NCBI GenBank assembly: GCA_021776515.1 | Contig: JAJFFS010000006.1 | Span: 39,084 to 103,083, forward strand | DNA: 64,000 nucleotides | Direction of reading: 5' to 3' | Source: Robiginitomaculum sp. | Lineage (GTDB): Bacteria > Pseudomonadota > Alphaproteobacteria > Caulobacterales > Maricaulaceae | Shown here: positions 40,079-50,371 of the stretch, piece after piece | Position numbering within the stretch: the first letter of the stretch is position 1 | Layout of the letters: each line of letters starts with the position of its first letter | Program-made: the position numbers and the translations under genes | Notes under the pieces: model-generated | Seen by the model: only the letters and a program-made list of their open reading frames with translations | Told to the model about the DNA's origin: nothing | Databases searched by the model: none

Positions 40079-42244
40079 CTAAAACGTACCGCGCAATTGC
40101 AGACGATACCGCAAACCAGACTTGCGCTGCTGCATCTCAATGGCTTCGATCACCCCCAATGACCGCGGGCCGGCAAACAAAAAGCGTGTGCGCTCTTCCG
40201 GGCGATTAAGTACGCTGCGTACATCAAAAATGGCCGTCATGCCGCGAATGCGGGTTGTCTCGATAAAAGCGCTAAAAGCGCGTGGCGTCGTTGGTCCACC
40301 GCCCGGCACGCCGCCCGTGTGATTAAACTGCTCCTCGAACAGACGAAACAGCCTGCTTTTGACGCCATTATTATAAGCCCAGCCCCAGGCAACTTTTTTG
40401 GTACTTAAATCCTGACGAAACTCAAACGAAAAGTTGTTTTTTGTCTCGCCGCCAAGCGCCCGGCGTTCGCCAGTGACCGGGTCGGTTACTGCTGATGTAC
40501 GCATGAAGCCATTGGCATCCAGTGTGGCATTCGTCAGCCCTAATACATCCAGCGGCAACCGCGTATCCACCTCAAAGAACCAGCGCGTTGCGCCCCCCAG
40601 ATTGCCAGGGGCATCAAAAACCCCCGCAAACGGCACCCGGCCCTGTACTTGCGTAATCCAGTCACGACGCACACTAAATGTAACCGAACCTTTTTGGGCA
40701 AAACGACGCTCCCACTCGCCTTTCAGCACCCAGGCCCTATCCGGCTCCAGCTCTGGGTTGCCAACATCGGTCAGATCATCGATCAGGTTTACCGAGGTGA
40801 CAAAGTCATTGAAATTCAGTTGCGCTACCGTGCGTTCAGCCGAAAAGCGAAGCTGGTTTTTCTCGCTTATATTATGGCTCAAGGTAAAGGACGGTTTGGG
40901 AAAGGAAAAATGGCGGGTACGGCTGGCATCCCCACTTTGACTTAACCTTGACGTTTCAAATTTCAGACCTGTTTCCAGCGTCCAATGCTTATTGGGTATA
41001 TATACCCATGCCGTTGAGACCTCGGCCCGGCGCTCTTTAACCCTGGTATTGCTGATGGGGATGTCAATTTTTTCAAACCCGGCACCGGCATCTGCCTCTA
41101 AAAGCAAATTGGCATCCAGATCATTCAAAGCCCCCTCGGCGGCGAATTGCAGGCTATGCTTCTTGCCCGGCACCCAATCAACAACAATGCGTGATATAGT
41201 TTCAGACGTCACATCGCGCGTACTCACCCGTGAGGCATTAAATACGCCTGAGACATTTTGACTGGTCGAGGTAAAACGCCCCTTGCCCGTATTATCATTG
41301 CGCAAGCCGATTAGTTTGACATCCAGCCCTTTAGCCAGCGCAAAGCTGTAATCCCCGCCAAATTCCGTACTTTCATCATGGATGATTACCTGATTGGCAT
41401 CAAAGCGCAAAAACGACAAACCAGCACCCGTTGGCGCTTCAACCAACGAGCTTTCATCATTTTTGGTACGTGTGTCCACAGCTTTGGCACTCAGACGTAA
41501 AATGTGGCCATTGGCAAATTTCTTTTCCAGATTAAAGGTCGGCGTCCAAAGAGCAAAATCAAATTGCGAAGCTTCATCACGATGTTCGACCAGCGTACCA
41601 ATTGGCGCAAAGCGTTGTTCAACGCCGGTGGAGCGAAACGGGCCGCCCTGCCGCGCCAGCCCCACTGTAACATCGGCGCCGCCAATATTCAGGTTATGAA
41701 ACAACTCGGCATTAATCACCACACGGTCGCGCGACAACGTACTTTCAAATGACCAGTTATTGCGCTCTACATCCTGTGCATCTGTTTTCAGGGTAACATT
41801 GACCACCCGGCTGAGCCCGCGCATATCAATGCCGGGCGCAGAACCACGAATAAGTTCAACATAGGCCACCCGCTCGGCTGATATGCGTAACAGGATATTA
41901 TCCAGGCTGTCAGATTTTGTGCTGGGTCGCTCGCCATCAATCAGCACATTACCTGCCGCGCCGCCAAAACCCCGAACATCATCGCCATTATCAATGGAAA
42001 ACCCCGGAACCTGACGCACCATGTCCAAAGCGGTGACCGGATAATAACTGGCAAAAAAATCCGGCTTATAGGTTGAAATACCCTCGCCCTGATCTTCAGA
42101 AACAGACGTTATTGCATCAGCTACCTGGACAACAGATGCAACAGTTTCCCCTGTTGAGGAAACAAAAATACCAAATAAACATACGCACAACAGCCGAGAG
42201 ATCATCAACGCCGCCTTATCAGACTGATGCCCTGTTATGGACAT
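40079..42244 (-). CDS. TonB-dependent receptor
   Basis: 721 aa. Plug region DMVRQVPGFSI...RGFGGAAGNVLIDGERP, then a long beta-barrel ending in the terminal motif LQLRGTF. An alternative start is MISRLL at 42205. Confidence 0.88.
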   Translation of the reverse strand: MSITGHQSDKAALMISRLLCVCLFGIFVSSTGETVASVVQVADAITSVSEDQGEGISTYKPDFFASYYPVTALDMVRQVPGFSIDNGDDVRGFGGAAGNVLIDGERPSTKSDSLDNILLRISAERVAYVELIRGSAPGIDMRGLSRVVNVTLKTDAQDVERNNWSFESTLSRDRVVINAELFHNLNIGGADVTVGLARQGGPFRSTGVEQRFAPIGTLVEHRDEASQFDFALWTPTFNLEKKFANGHILRLSAKAVDTRTKNDESSLVEAPTGAGLSFLRFDANQVIIHDESTEFGGDYSFALAKGLDVKLIGLRNDNTGKGRFTSTSQNVSGVFNASRVSTRDVTSETISRIVVDWVPGKKHSLQFAAEGALNDLDANLLLEADAGAGFEKIDIPISNTRVKERRAEVSTAWVYIPNKHWTLETGLKFETSRLSQSGDASRTRHFSFPKPSFTLSHNISEKNQLRFSAERTVAQLNFNDFVTSVNLIDDLTDVGNPELEPDRAWVLKGEWERRFAQKGSVTFSVRRDWITQVQGRVPFAGVFDAPGNLGGATRWFFEVDTRLPLDVLGLTNATLDANGFMRTSAVTDPVTGERRALGGETKNNFSFEFRQDLSTKKVAWGWAYNNGVKSRLFRLFEEQFNHTGGVPGGGPTTPRAFSAFIETTRIRGMTAIFDVRSVLNRPEERTRFLFAGPRSLGVIEAIEMQQRKSGLRYRLQLRGTF

Positions 42245-42384
42245 TCAAAACTATTTGCGAAGCCAAAGTAATGAAATACAGCCAAAGCACAAGCGCAAGA
42301 CCAAGACGCGTTGGCATACCTTCATAAACAGGGGCAATGGCGGGACAATTTTGCGGTGAAAGCGCACCAGTGGAAAACACGCAC

Positions 42385-43332
42385 TCAGTTGGTTTTTGGT
42401 GGCTCAGATGGTTCCGGGAAAGTCTCTGCAAACAATCTTGCCGAAGCAAAATCCCCAACCTCGGCATAAACACGCTCACGCCTGAGTTTTGCCCCTGCAT
42501 GTGGCGGATAAACCAGTTCCAACGCGACAACATCACGAGGGTCAAGATGGCTAAAGGCATGAAGCGCCTTGTCTGCAAATCTGAACAAAATTGCCGTGGA
42601 TGACTTTCCAGTCTCGCCGGTCAAAGATGGCGGTGCCAGCATTTTATCAATAGCAAAAAAGCTCTGCGTAACACTTTGTGGTGGCATCAGGTTTTTTGGA
42701 CTGTCTCCCGTGCGTCCCATAAGCCGCAACAGGTCATTATCCATTGGTTCTTTTAACTTGTTGGAATCACGTATATGCAAAACAACACTTGTCGGGGTGC
42801 GCCCCCCCAGCACAACAAGATCGAGAAAAGCTTTCTCCCCCTGGGCAACCAGACCAAAATCCATAGCCGTATCAGAAGCATTGCTTAAAGGTGCCCGCAC
42901 CCGCCACCGCGCTTTATTACGTGCATCATCCCGCCGCGCTTCCCAGTTTTGCCACCGGGATGGAAAACGCATGGTGTAAAGTCGAGACCAGATCTGCGCC
43001 GCCTCACGCATTCTGGTTATTTCCGTCTGAACATCCTCTCGGTCACACGCGATAAGCGCCGCCCGACGTGCCAGATCAGCTTCCAGTTCGTCCAGTTCTT
43101 GCACTGTTTTTCCTGCGCGCAATAACGCGCCCCGCGCTTGTGCCCGCCCTGAAACAAGCGCTGTTTTTTCCAGTTTACCAAGCGCATCACAATGCATGGC
43201 GATCAATAATATAGATGTACGTTCCCGATAGGCCGTAAACGCATCTGCACCGAATACAGGTTTGCCGCTACCCAGTATGGCAAGCAAAAAAAATGCAAAT
43301 ATACGCGTACGCAAGGCCATCCCCTGTTTCAA
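42385..43332 (-). CDS. secreted hypothetical protein
   Basis: 315 aa. Signal peptide (IFAFFLLAILGSGKPVFGADA). I recognise no motif. Located between the BcsB-like gene and the TonB-dependent receptor. Confidence 0.55.
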   Translation of the reverse strand: MKQGMALRTRIFAFFLLAILGSGKPVFGADAFTAYRERTSILLIAMHCDALGKLEKTALVSGRAQARGALLRAGKTVQELDELEADLARRAALIACDREDVQTEITRMREAAQIWSRLYTMRFPSRWQNWEARRDDARNKARWRVRAPLSNASDTAMDFGLVAQGEKAFLDLVVLGGRTPTSVVLHIRDSNKLKEPMDNDLLRLMGRTGDSPKNLMPPQSVTQSFFAIDKMLAPPSLTGETGKSSTAILFRFADKALHAFSHLDPRDVVALELVYPPHAGAKLRRERVYAEVGDFASARLFAETFPEPSEPPKTN

Positions 43333-43373
43333 TTGAACAGCGTAAGCTTACCTATTGTTTATTGCCATCTGGT

Positions 43374-45290
43374 TTATACGGGCTCCCAATTTGCATAAAC
43401 CCGACGCCATAGACTAATCCAAAGCCCGATCAGGCAAATACCGGCGATAAGGAACAGAATGGCAGGAATGGAATGCCGGGATGATGGAACAGCACCTTTA
43501 TTACCAACTTCATTGATCTCAACCAGCCCGGCGCGCCAACGCACCACCTCACCAGCAAACTGGTTGACTGCCTGACCATCGGCAAAGGTTTGCATGGCTG
43601 GCACAAAATCTGCCCCCTGCTCTCCTGTCAGTATCAACGTCGGTTTCTGGTTTATCTCGGTCCAACCGGCCACCCCGAGGCCAGGCGGACGGGAAGCCTC
43701 GTCAGCAAAAGCAATACGTGATACTTTAATAAAGGGCTTTTTGCGCCGGGACGCATCCGTTTTAGGCCCAACCGCAGCACCGGCGGCAAAAACCTGCGGC
43801 AGACTTGCAACCAGTTGCGGCGCAAGCTGGCTACGGGGACCAAGTACAATGAGCGCTGTTTTGTGTGGGGCAGAGTCAAATTCTGTTCCATACCAGGCCG
43901 TTGTCAAAGGCATACCGGCAATCAGGGCAATGCGTGCCATAGCCTGCCAGGACGCGTATAATTGGTCATCCGAACTGGTAGCGAAAACAATACCGGTTCC
44001 CTTTCCCTTTTCGTTTGTGAACGGCGCACCATCGACCGCAAACCGGGCTAGGCCATGTGCGAAATCCAAACCGCTGCTTTCTATGCGCGCAGACAAAAGC
44101 TTTAGCGGAGATTGAACACTTTTCCTTGTGCAAGGTACATTTTCAGCCGATGGATGTGCCTCGCGGGAAATGCTGAACGAACGAACGACTGTATCTGTTT
44201 TGCTGGCTAAGGGGACAACAAACTGATTGTGGGAACGCTTGAGGCGTTTTGTTACAGACTTGTTGCCATCAATAGAGATAGACACAGCAGAATCTGAACT
44301 GACCCAATCGGGGCGTTCAATATCAACAACCAGACGTGTTACCCCGTCATAAGGTGTTCGCACCGTATTTTCAAAAGGGCGGGCATCCCAGGCGCGCTCC
44401 CCCAAAGCATTTTTAATGCCATCCAGTGCCCGTGCCCCCCGCACAGAAGGCGCATTTGCCAGCAAAGCGGGTGCCGCACGGGTACTTTTCAAGCGGATAA
44501 GGCGCCCGGCAAAGAGGCGCGCCATAGCAAGTACATCTTCCTGGCTGCGCCCCTGAAACTCCACCATGGGGCGGGCACCAGGCCGCAAGGCAATACCAGA
44601 CCTGGCAAAACCCGAATTAATGCGCGCACTAAAATCAAGCCCGGCAATGCGACTGGCAGGTACAATCTGTGGTACACGGCCCGCACGAACGGCCAGACCC
44701 TGTGTAACCAATGCCCCTAAGGCTGCATACGTCTCATGATCAAGAGAACCTCTGGCTATGCTGACCCTGGACAGTGCCCACGGCCCAACCGCCAACCAAT
44801 CTTCCAGTTCAGCAAAAGAGGAAATATCGGGGGATAGTGATAAATCAAACCGGCTGCGGGCAAGATCCAGATGCCACCCGCCATCAGCTTCTATCGGGCA
44901 TAAACCCGGATTAACGCCCTCAAAGGAGATCCGGATGCGGTTAATCCCGGCTTTCAAGTGCGCCGAAGGCACATCAATGCGCGCGCTAAATGCTTCTGGC
45001 TTGGGGTTGACAACAACACCCGCAGCTTCATTAACTCGTACCACCATCATCGTTCCGGGTGCTGGCAAAACTTCACCTGGTTCAGCAAACAGCGTCAGTG
45101 TGGCGGCACTGGCCCCCGGGGGAATATTCAGATCAAAATTAAACTCTGAATTTCGCCAATCCAGTGCCTGATCCCTCTCCATTTTGGTTAAATTTCGCAA
45201 GCTTTCCTGTGCCGCAACTTGCGATACCCCCTGCACCATAATGAATAGAATTGTCAGTACCAGTATGCAAAACCGGAAAATTCGTGCCAT
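43374..45290 (-). CDS. periplasmic protein with C-terminal membrane anchor, weakly BcsB-like
   Basis: 638 aa. N-terminal signal peptide and a single C-terminal TM helix (IPAILFLIAGICLIGLWISLW). The topology and some segments (LARFAVDGAPF, GIVFATSSDDQLYASWQAMARIAL) recall the cellulose synthase BcsB subunit, but this assignment is tentative. Confidence 0.4.
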   Translation of the reverse strand: MARIFRFCILVLTILFIMVQGVSQVAAQESLRNLTKMERDQALDWRNSEFNFDLNIPPGASAATLTLFAEPGEVLPAPGTMMVVRVNEAAGVVVNPKPEAFSARIDVPSAHLKAGINRIRISFEGVNPGLCPIEADGGWHLDLARSRFDLSLSPDISSFAELEDWLAVGPWALSRVSIARGSLDHETYAALGALVTQGLAVRAGRVPQIVPASRIAGLDFSARINSGFARSGIALRPGARPMVEFQGRSQEDVLAMARLFAGRLIRLKSTRAAPALLANAPSVRGARALDGIKNALGERAWDARPFENTVRTPYDGVTRLVVDIERPDWVSSDSAVSISIDGNKSVTKRLKRSHNQFVVPLASKTDTVVRSFSISREAHPSAENVPCTRKSVQSPLKLLSARIESSGLDFAHGLARFAVDGAPFTNEKGKGTGIVFATSSDDQLYASWQAMARIALIAGMPLTTAWYGTEFDSAPHKTALIVLGPRSQLAPQLVASLPQVFAAGAAVGPKTDASRRKKPFIKVSRIAFADEASRPPGLGVAGWTEINQKPTLILTGEQGADFVPAMQTFADGQAVNQFAGEVVRWRAGLVEINEVGNKGAVPSSRHSIPAILFLIAGICLIGLWISLWRRVYANWEPV

Positions 45291-45350
45291 GTTGAACCAC
45301 CTTGCCCCTGTAAATCAACGCCAGGGGGGTAGAGGAGCAAGAATGTCGCC

Positions 45351-45689
45351 ATGTCAGAGATAAAATCCAGTATTTGGGCAGAAGCCCTGATCCGCCGCGC
45401 CCGCATCGGCGGTGCCTTTGCCTACTTACGCCATCATGGTGATGATGATGCTGGCATTGTGGTCATCAAAGTCTCCATGATGGATGGGCGCGCCATCGTA
45501 TTGATGCCGGAACGAGACGAAAATTTTTCCCGGATATGGGTACAGCAAAGTGTTGAGCCACAAGACGAAGCGGATGCAGAGGACTTGATTAAAAAGGCAC
45601 AGCACCGTGATCCTGATCTGTGGGTGATCGAAATAGAAGACCCACAAGCACGCGATTTTTTATTACCGGAGGAACGCCCCACCTCTTGA
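45351..45689 (+). CDS. DUF1491-like small protein
   Basis: 112 aa. The N-terminal KSSIWAEALIRRARIGGAFAYLRHHGDDDAGIVVIKV resembles the alphaproteobacterial DUF1491 family as I remember it. Confidence 0.5.
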   Translation: MSEIKSSIWAEALIRRARIGGAFAYLRHHGDDDAGIVVIKVSMMDGRAIVLMPERDENFSRIWVQQSVEPQDEADAEDLIKKAQHRDPDLWVIEIEDPQARDFLLPEERPTS

Positions 45690-45720
45690 CGAACCTCAAG
45701 CTTCGTGGCGAAATACACCC

Positions 45721-46113
45721 ATGCTATTTTTGTTTAATGACAGAGTCTTTGAAATTGGGCAGCCGAATGAAACCATCAATTCTGATGGTTTTCCGCTTTC
45801 GCCTTCTGCATTCGCTAGCCTGACGCAGCAGGATATACTCTTGCTTGTCCGTGGAGAGATGTTTGCAGACCCGCTCCTGGTGCATGATGCACCTGAACGG
45901 GCGATACAAATCGCTACCATTATTGCTACAAAAACAAATGCCAACGCAATACTGGCTGGCCCGCCAATTGGCGGTGCAAAAGCTGCGGCGCAAATTGCGG
46001 TTATGCTGGCCGAGGTTTCACTGATCACTCTTTCCAATCTGAATATCCGCCAGACCGGGGGAACGCTGACCACAGCTGGTGTTGAAGAGGCGGTATGGGC
46101 CGCACTACGCTGA
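45721..46113 (+). CDS. hypothetical protein
   Basis: 130 aa. Its composition looks coding, unlike the overlapping minus-strand ORF. No family recognised. Confidence 0.45.
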   Translation: MLFLFNDRVFEIGQPNETINSDGFPLSPSAFASLTQQDILLLVRGEMFADPLLVHDAPERAIQIATIIATKTNANAILAGPPIGGAKAAAQIAVMLAEVSLITLSNLNIRQTGGTLTTAGVEEAVWAALR

Positions 46114-46175
46114 TAGCACCACTTGCTGTTTGCTATGCGCCGGGGTAATCCGACGCTAGAAACAGAGCCAACATC

Positions 46176-47765
46176 ATGACCGACCTTCCCTATGCCAGCG
46201 AAGCCGCACAGCGGCGCACCTTTGCCATCATCTCTCACCCGGATGCGGGTAAGACCACGTTGACGGAAAACCTGCTTCAGGCTGCCGGTGCGATCCACCT
46301 TGCCGGGCAAGTACGCGCACGGGGTGAAAACCGGCGCACCTCATCGGACTGGATGCGTATTGAGCGCGAGCGGGGCATCTCGGTTTCTTCCTCGGTGATG
46401 ACTTTTGATTATCAGCAACTCATCTTCAACCTGCTGGATACGCCCGGTCACGAAGATTTTTCAGAGGACACCTATCGCACCCTTACCGCCGCTGATAGCG
46501 CCATTATGGTGCTGGATGCGGCCAAGGGGATTGAGCCACAAACCCTGAAACTTTTTGAGGTTTGCCGCCTGCGTGACATCCCCATCCTGACCTTCATCAA
46601 CAAGATGGACCGTGAGGCGCTGGACCCGCTGGAACTAATGGACGAAATCAGCGACAAACTAGCGCTGGATGTTACCCCCATGCAATGGCCCGCTGGCTCA
46701 GGCAAACGCTTTCGCGGCGTTCAGGATTTGCGCGATAATACTTTCCTGCCGTTCGAGGCACAGTCCAAACCAGGACAAACGCGCCGGTTAAACCTGGATG
46801 ACCCGCAAATGGACGGATTTTTACCTGATGATCAGCGCGAAGAGCTGAGCGAGGCCGCAGAACTGGCCAGCGAGGCCTGCCCGTCGTTTAATATCCAGTC
46901 CTATCTGGAGGGACATTTAACCCCGGTGTATTTTGGCTCTGCCTTGCGCCATTTTGGTATTACAGAACTTTTGAACGCCCTTGCTACTCATGCCCCAAGC
47001 CCCAAGGGCACCAAAGCTCAAACTAACGGACAAGAAACAATAATTGAGCCGGGCAGCGCGCAAACCAGCGGGTTTGTTTTTAAGGTACAGGCCAATATGG
47101 ACCCTAACCATCGTGACCGCGTTGCCTTTACACGTCTGGCATCAGGAAAATTTAAACGCGGCATGAAGCTGAAAACCACTGCGGGCAAAGTCATGAGCAT
47201 CAACGCCCCCATTATGTTTTTTGCGCAAGATCGCGGCATTGCTGAAGAAGCCTATGCTGGCGACGTCATTGGCATACCTAATCACGGTGCTTTGCGCGTT
47301 GGTGATAGTTTAAGCGAAAGCGGCAAGGTGCAATTTGCCGGCATTCCCAATTTTGCGCCCGAACTGCTGCGTCGTGCCCGCCCGCGCGACCCCATGAAAG
47401 CCAAACATTTGCGCAAAGCTCTGGAAAGCCTTGCAGAAGAAGGCGTAACCCAGCTTTTCAAGCCGGTTATCGGTGCCGATATGATTTTGGGTGCCGTAGG
47501 TCAGCTACAAATTGAAGTCACCGCAGAACGCATTGCTGAAGAATACAAACTGGATGTTATCTTTGAGGTCTCCCCCTATACGGTCGCCCGATGGGTGAAG
47601 GCGCAAGACAGAAAAGAGCTGGAAAATTTTGTCGACAAGCACAAAATGCAAATGGCCGAAGATGTTGATGGCGATCCAGTGTTTTTAGGAAAAACCCCGT
47701 GGGAAATTGGCTATGCCCAGGAAAAATTTCCCAAGATCGACTTTCTGACGACAAAAGAGCGTTAA
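46176..47765 (+). CDS. prfC: peptide chain release factor 3
   Basis: 529 aa. GTPase motifs AIISHPDAGKTTLTE, DTPGHEDF and NKMD are present, and the whole length is RF3-like. Confidence 0.96.
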   Translation: MTDLPYASEAAQRRTFAIISHPDAGKTTLTENLLQAAGAIHLAGQVRARGENRRTSSDWMRIERERGISVSSSVMTFDYQQLIFNLLDTPGHEDFSEDTYRTLTAADSAIMVLDAAKGIEPQTLKLFEVCRLRDIPILTFINKMDREALDPLELMDEISDKLALDVTPMQWPAGSGKRFRGVQDLRDNTFLPFEAQSKPGQTRRLNLDDPQMDGFLPDDQREELSEAAELASEACPSFNIQSYLEGHLTPVYFGSALRHFGITELLNALATHAPSPKGTKAQTNGQETIIEPGSAQTSGFVFKVQANMDPNHRDRVAFTRLASGKFKRGMKLKTTAGKVMSINAPIMFFAQDRGIAEEAYAGDVIGIPNHGALRVGDSLSESGKVQFAGIPNFAPELLRRARPRDPMKAKHLRKALESLAEEGVTQLFKPVIGADMILGAVGQLQIEVTAERIAEEYKLDVIFEVSPYTVARWVKAQDRKELENFVDKHKMQMAEDVDGDPVFLGKTPWEIGYAQEKFPKIDFLTTKER

Positions 47766-47768
47766 ATC

Positions 47769-48914
47769 ATGACTTTACTACAGAGCAATAAAACACTGCC
47801 CGAACAGCTTGGCGAATTAGGCGCGTTGGTCACCGAAGTGTGGAACACGTCCTTTTTTGACATCAATACCGGAAAAATTATTGTCGCATTGGCTATTGTC
47901 ATTCTGGCATTATTAGTGCGCGGGCTTGTCAGTCACCATGTGCTCCGCCTGTTGGCCCGTCTGGCAAAGAAAACCAAAACTGAATTTGACGATCATTTGT
48001 TTGCCGCCATCGCGCCGCCGTTCAAAATGATACCCATCATTGTAGGCTTGTTTTTCGCGGTACAAGTTCTGGGACTTAGCGGCAACGCGCTCACCTTTGG
48101 TGCCAACTTCATGCGCTCACTGATTGCCTATGCGATATTCTGGGCATTAGTGCGCAGCGTCGAGCCGGTCTTTCATCTGATGACGCCCCTGGGCAAAGCC
48201 CTTAGCCCGGCGATCATGGACTGGACCAAGAAAACCGCCAAGGCATTGCTTGCCTTTATTGGTGGTGCCGCCATTCTTGAAATATGGGGCATACAGGTTG
48301 GCCCCATGCTGGCGGGCCTGGGCATATTTGGCGTTGCCGTGGCGCTGGGTGCGCAGGATTTGTTCAAAAACCTCATTGCCGGGCTTCTTATTTTGGCCGA
48401 GCGCCGCTTTAATCCCGGCGAGTGGATCAAGGTTGACGGCGTGGTTGAGGGCACCGCAGAAAAAATCAACTTTCGCTCAACCCAAATACGCCGCTTTGAC
48501 AAAAGCATTGTTCATGTCCCCAATGCCAAGCTTTCGGATAATGCACTGATCAATTATTCACGCATGACCCATCGGCGCATCTACTGGAAAGTCGGGCTGC
48601 TTTATAGTGCCAGTGTCGATCAACTTCGCGCCGTGCAACAGGGCGTATTGCGTTATATCGAGGATAACCCGGACTTTGCCAACCCCCCAGAAGTTAGCAC
48701 TTTTATCCACATTGACAGCTTTAATGATAGCTCCATCGATCTGATGATCTATTGTTTCACCAAGACCACCAATTGGGGGGAATGGCTGAAGATCAAGGAA
48801 GATTTCGTCTGCGCTGTCAAAGACATCGTCGCCGAGGCCGGTACCGATTTTGCCTTTCCATCGCGCACCATTTATGTGGAACAGAGCGGCGAGCCGGGCG
48901 GAATTACGGTTTAG
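47769..48914 (+). CDS. MscS-family mechanosensitive channel
   Basis: 381 aa. TM helices are followed by the MscS beta-domain motif (FNPGEWIKVDGVVEGTAEKINFRSTQIRRFDKSIVHVPNAKL). Confidence 0.85.
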   Translation: MTLLQSNKTLPEQLGELGALVTEVWNTSFFDINTGKIIVALAIVILALLVRGLVSHHVLRLLARLAKKTKTEFDDHLFAAIAPPFKMIPIIVGLFFAVQVLGLSGNALTFGANFMRSLIAYAIFWALVRSVEPVFHLMTPLGKALSPAIMDWTKKTAKALLAFIGGAAILEIWGIQVGPMLAGLGIFGVAVALGAQDLFKNLIAGLLILAERRFNPGEWIKVDGVVEGTAEKINFRSTQIRRFDKSIVHVPNAKLSDNALINYSRMTHRRIYWKVGLLYSASVDQLRAVQQGVLRYIEDNPDFANPPEVSTFIHIDSFNDSSIDLMIYCFTKTTNWGEWLKIKEDFVCAVKDIVAEAGTDFAFPSRTIYVEQSGEPGGITV

Positions 48915-49037
48915 GTCCCGGACGATTTAGAAACTGTCTGGAAGGTTATGAATATGGGCCGTATGGCTCATGGAGTTTCAAGTTTGTACGCCCGGGGTGT
49001 TCAAAAATATGGGTGCCACGCAAAGTGTGTTCCCCCC

Positions 49038-50219
49038 CTAGCGCGCCAGTTCTTTCATGGCGTTTTCAATGCCTTCCAGCGTGAGCGCGAACATACGCTG
49101 GCGGCCTATGATGTCACCAATCATGGAAATGCTGGCGGTATAGTCCCAGTATTTTTCAGGCGTCGGGTTAAGCCAGATCACGTCTGTGTAGGTATCCACC
49201 ACCCGCTGCAGCCACAAGGCACCGGCTTCCTCGTTCCAATGCTCGACAGAGCCACCGGGCACGGACACCTCATAGGGGCTCATGCTCGCATCGCCAACAA
49301 AGACAATTTTGGTGTCGGATGGCAAGGTGTGCAGTATATCCCATGTGGGGATGACCTCGGAGCGGCGGCGGCGGTTCTCTTTCCACACCGCCTCATAAAG
49401 GCAGTTATGGAAGTAATAATGGTCGAGACGCTTGAACTCGGTGCGCGCAGCAGAGAAAAGTTCCTCGCATTTATCAATGAACGGATCCATCGAGCCACCA
49501 ACATCCAGAAATAACGCCACCTTGACCGTATTGCGCCGTTCTGGCCGCATCAGAATATCCAGCCAGCCCTGCTTGGCGGTGGCATCAATAGTGCCGCTCA
49601 GGTCCAGTTCTTCTGCGGCGCCATCGCGGGCAAACTTACGCAAGCGGCGCAGTGCCATTTTGATATTGCGCGTGCCCAGCTCACGATCACCGTCAAGGTT
49701 TTTGAACTCGCGCTTGTCCCAGACCTTGACCGCACGGCCATGGCGGCCTTCCTTTTGGCCTATGCGCACCCCTTCGGGGTTATAGCCATGAGCACCAAAG
49801 GGCGAAGTACCCGCCGTGCCAATCCATTTATTACCACCCTGATGGCGTTTTTCCTGCTCTTTTAGCCGTTCCGCCAATGTTTCCATCAGCTTGTCCCAAC
49901 CGCCCAGCGCTTCAATTTCGCGTTTTTCTTCTTCGGTGAGGTATTTTTCAGTTAGTTTGCGCAACCATTCCTCGGGAATATCCGCTTCGCCGATGAGGTC
50001 TGCTGTGCTTTCCAGCCCCTTAAAGACGGTGCCAAACACCCGGTCAAACTTGTCCAGATCACGCTCGTCCTTAATCAGGGCCGCACGAGAAAGATAATAA
50101 AAATCTTCAACTTTGCGATCAACAACGCCTTTATCCAGCGCCTCAATCAGCGTCAGGTATTCGCGTAAACTGACCGGCACTTTGGCGGCACGTAGCTCTG
50201 AGAAAAAATGCGTAAACAT
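49038..50219 (-). CDS. VWA domain protein, CoxE-like
   Basis: 393 aa. The N-terminal FFSELRAAKVPVSLREYLTLIEAL and C-terminal VWA fold (VALFLDVGGSM) are typical of the CoxE-like VWA family. No partner MoxR/CoxD ATPase is present in the window. Confidence 0.7.
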   Translation of the reverse strand: MFTHFFSELRAAKVPVSLREYLTLIEALDKGVVDRKVEDFYYLSRAALIKDERDLDKFDRVFGTVFKGLESTADLIGEADIPEEWLRKLTEKYLTEEEKREIEALGGWDKLMETLAERLKEQEKRHQGGNKWIGTAGTSPFGAHGYNPEGVRIGQKEGRHGRAVKVWDKREFKNLDGDRELGTRNIKMALRRLRKFARDGAAEELDLSGTIDATAKQGWLDILMRPERRNTVKVALFLDVGGSMDPFIDKCEELFSAARTEFKRLDHYYFHNCLYEAVWKENRRRRSEVIPTWDILHTLPSDTKIVFVGDASMSPYEVSVPGGSVEHWNEEAGALWLQRVVDTYTDVIWLNPTPEKYWDYTASISMIGDIIGRQRMFALTLEGIENAMKELAR

Positions 50220-50371
50220 GGAGATATGCTAACGGCAAACCATGATGGATTCAAAGCATTTTGCACACAGCCAACACGTAAATAATGACACTTACTGTCA
50301 TTATCGGACTTGTTCCGGTAATCCAGAAAGCACTGTATCACCCGGATAAACCGGGTGATGACAGAAAAATG

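Noticed and set aside
42245-42384. Possible cobalamin riboswitch in the leader of the TonB-dependent receptor. In the minus-strand sense it contains GGTGCGCTTTCACC followed by GTCCCGCCATTG, which resembles the GCCACTG core, and B12-dependent mutAB lies 5 kb away.
   Set aside because: The region is too short and lacks a recognisable B12 box (AGCCAGGAGACCTGCC-like) and the GGGAA/GGTGAAAATCC elements. The similarity is limited to about 12 nt. A covariance-model search with Rfam RF00174 would settle it; a bit score above the gathering threshold would overturn this rejection.
45696-46310. A 204-aa minus-strand ORF.
   Set aside because: It overlaps both the plus-strand 130-aa ORF and the prfC start. 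It has an Arg/Ser/Cys-rich, low-complexity composition typical of an antisense shadow frame in GC-rich DNA.
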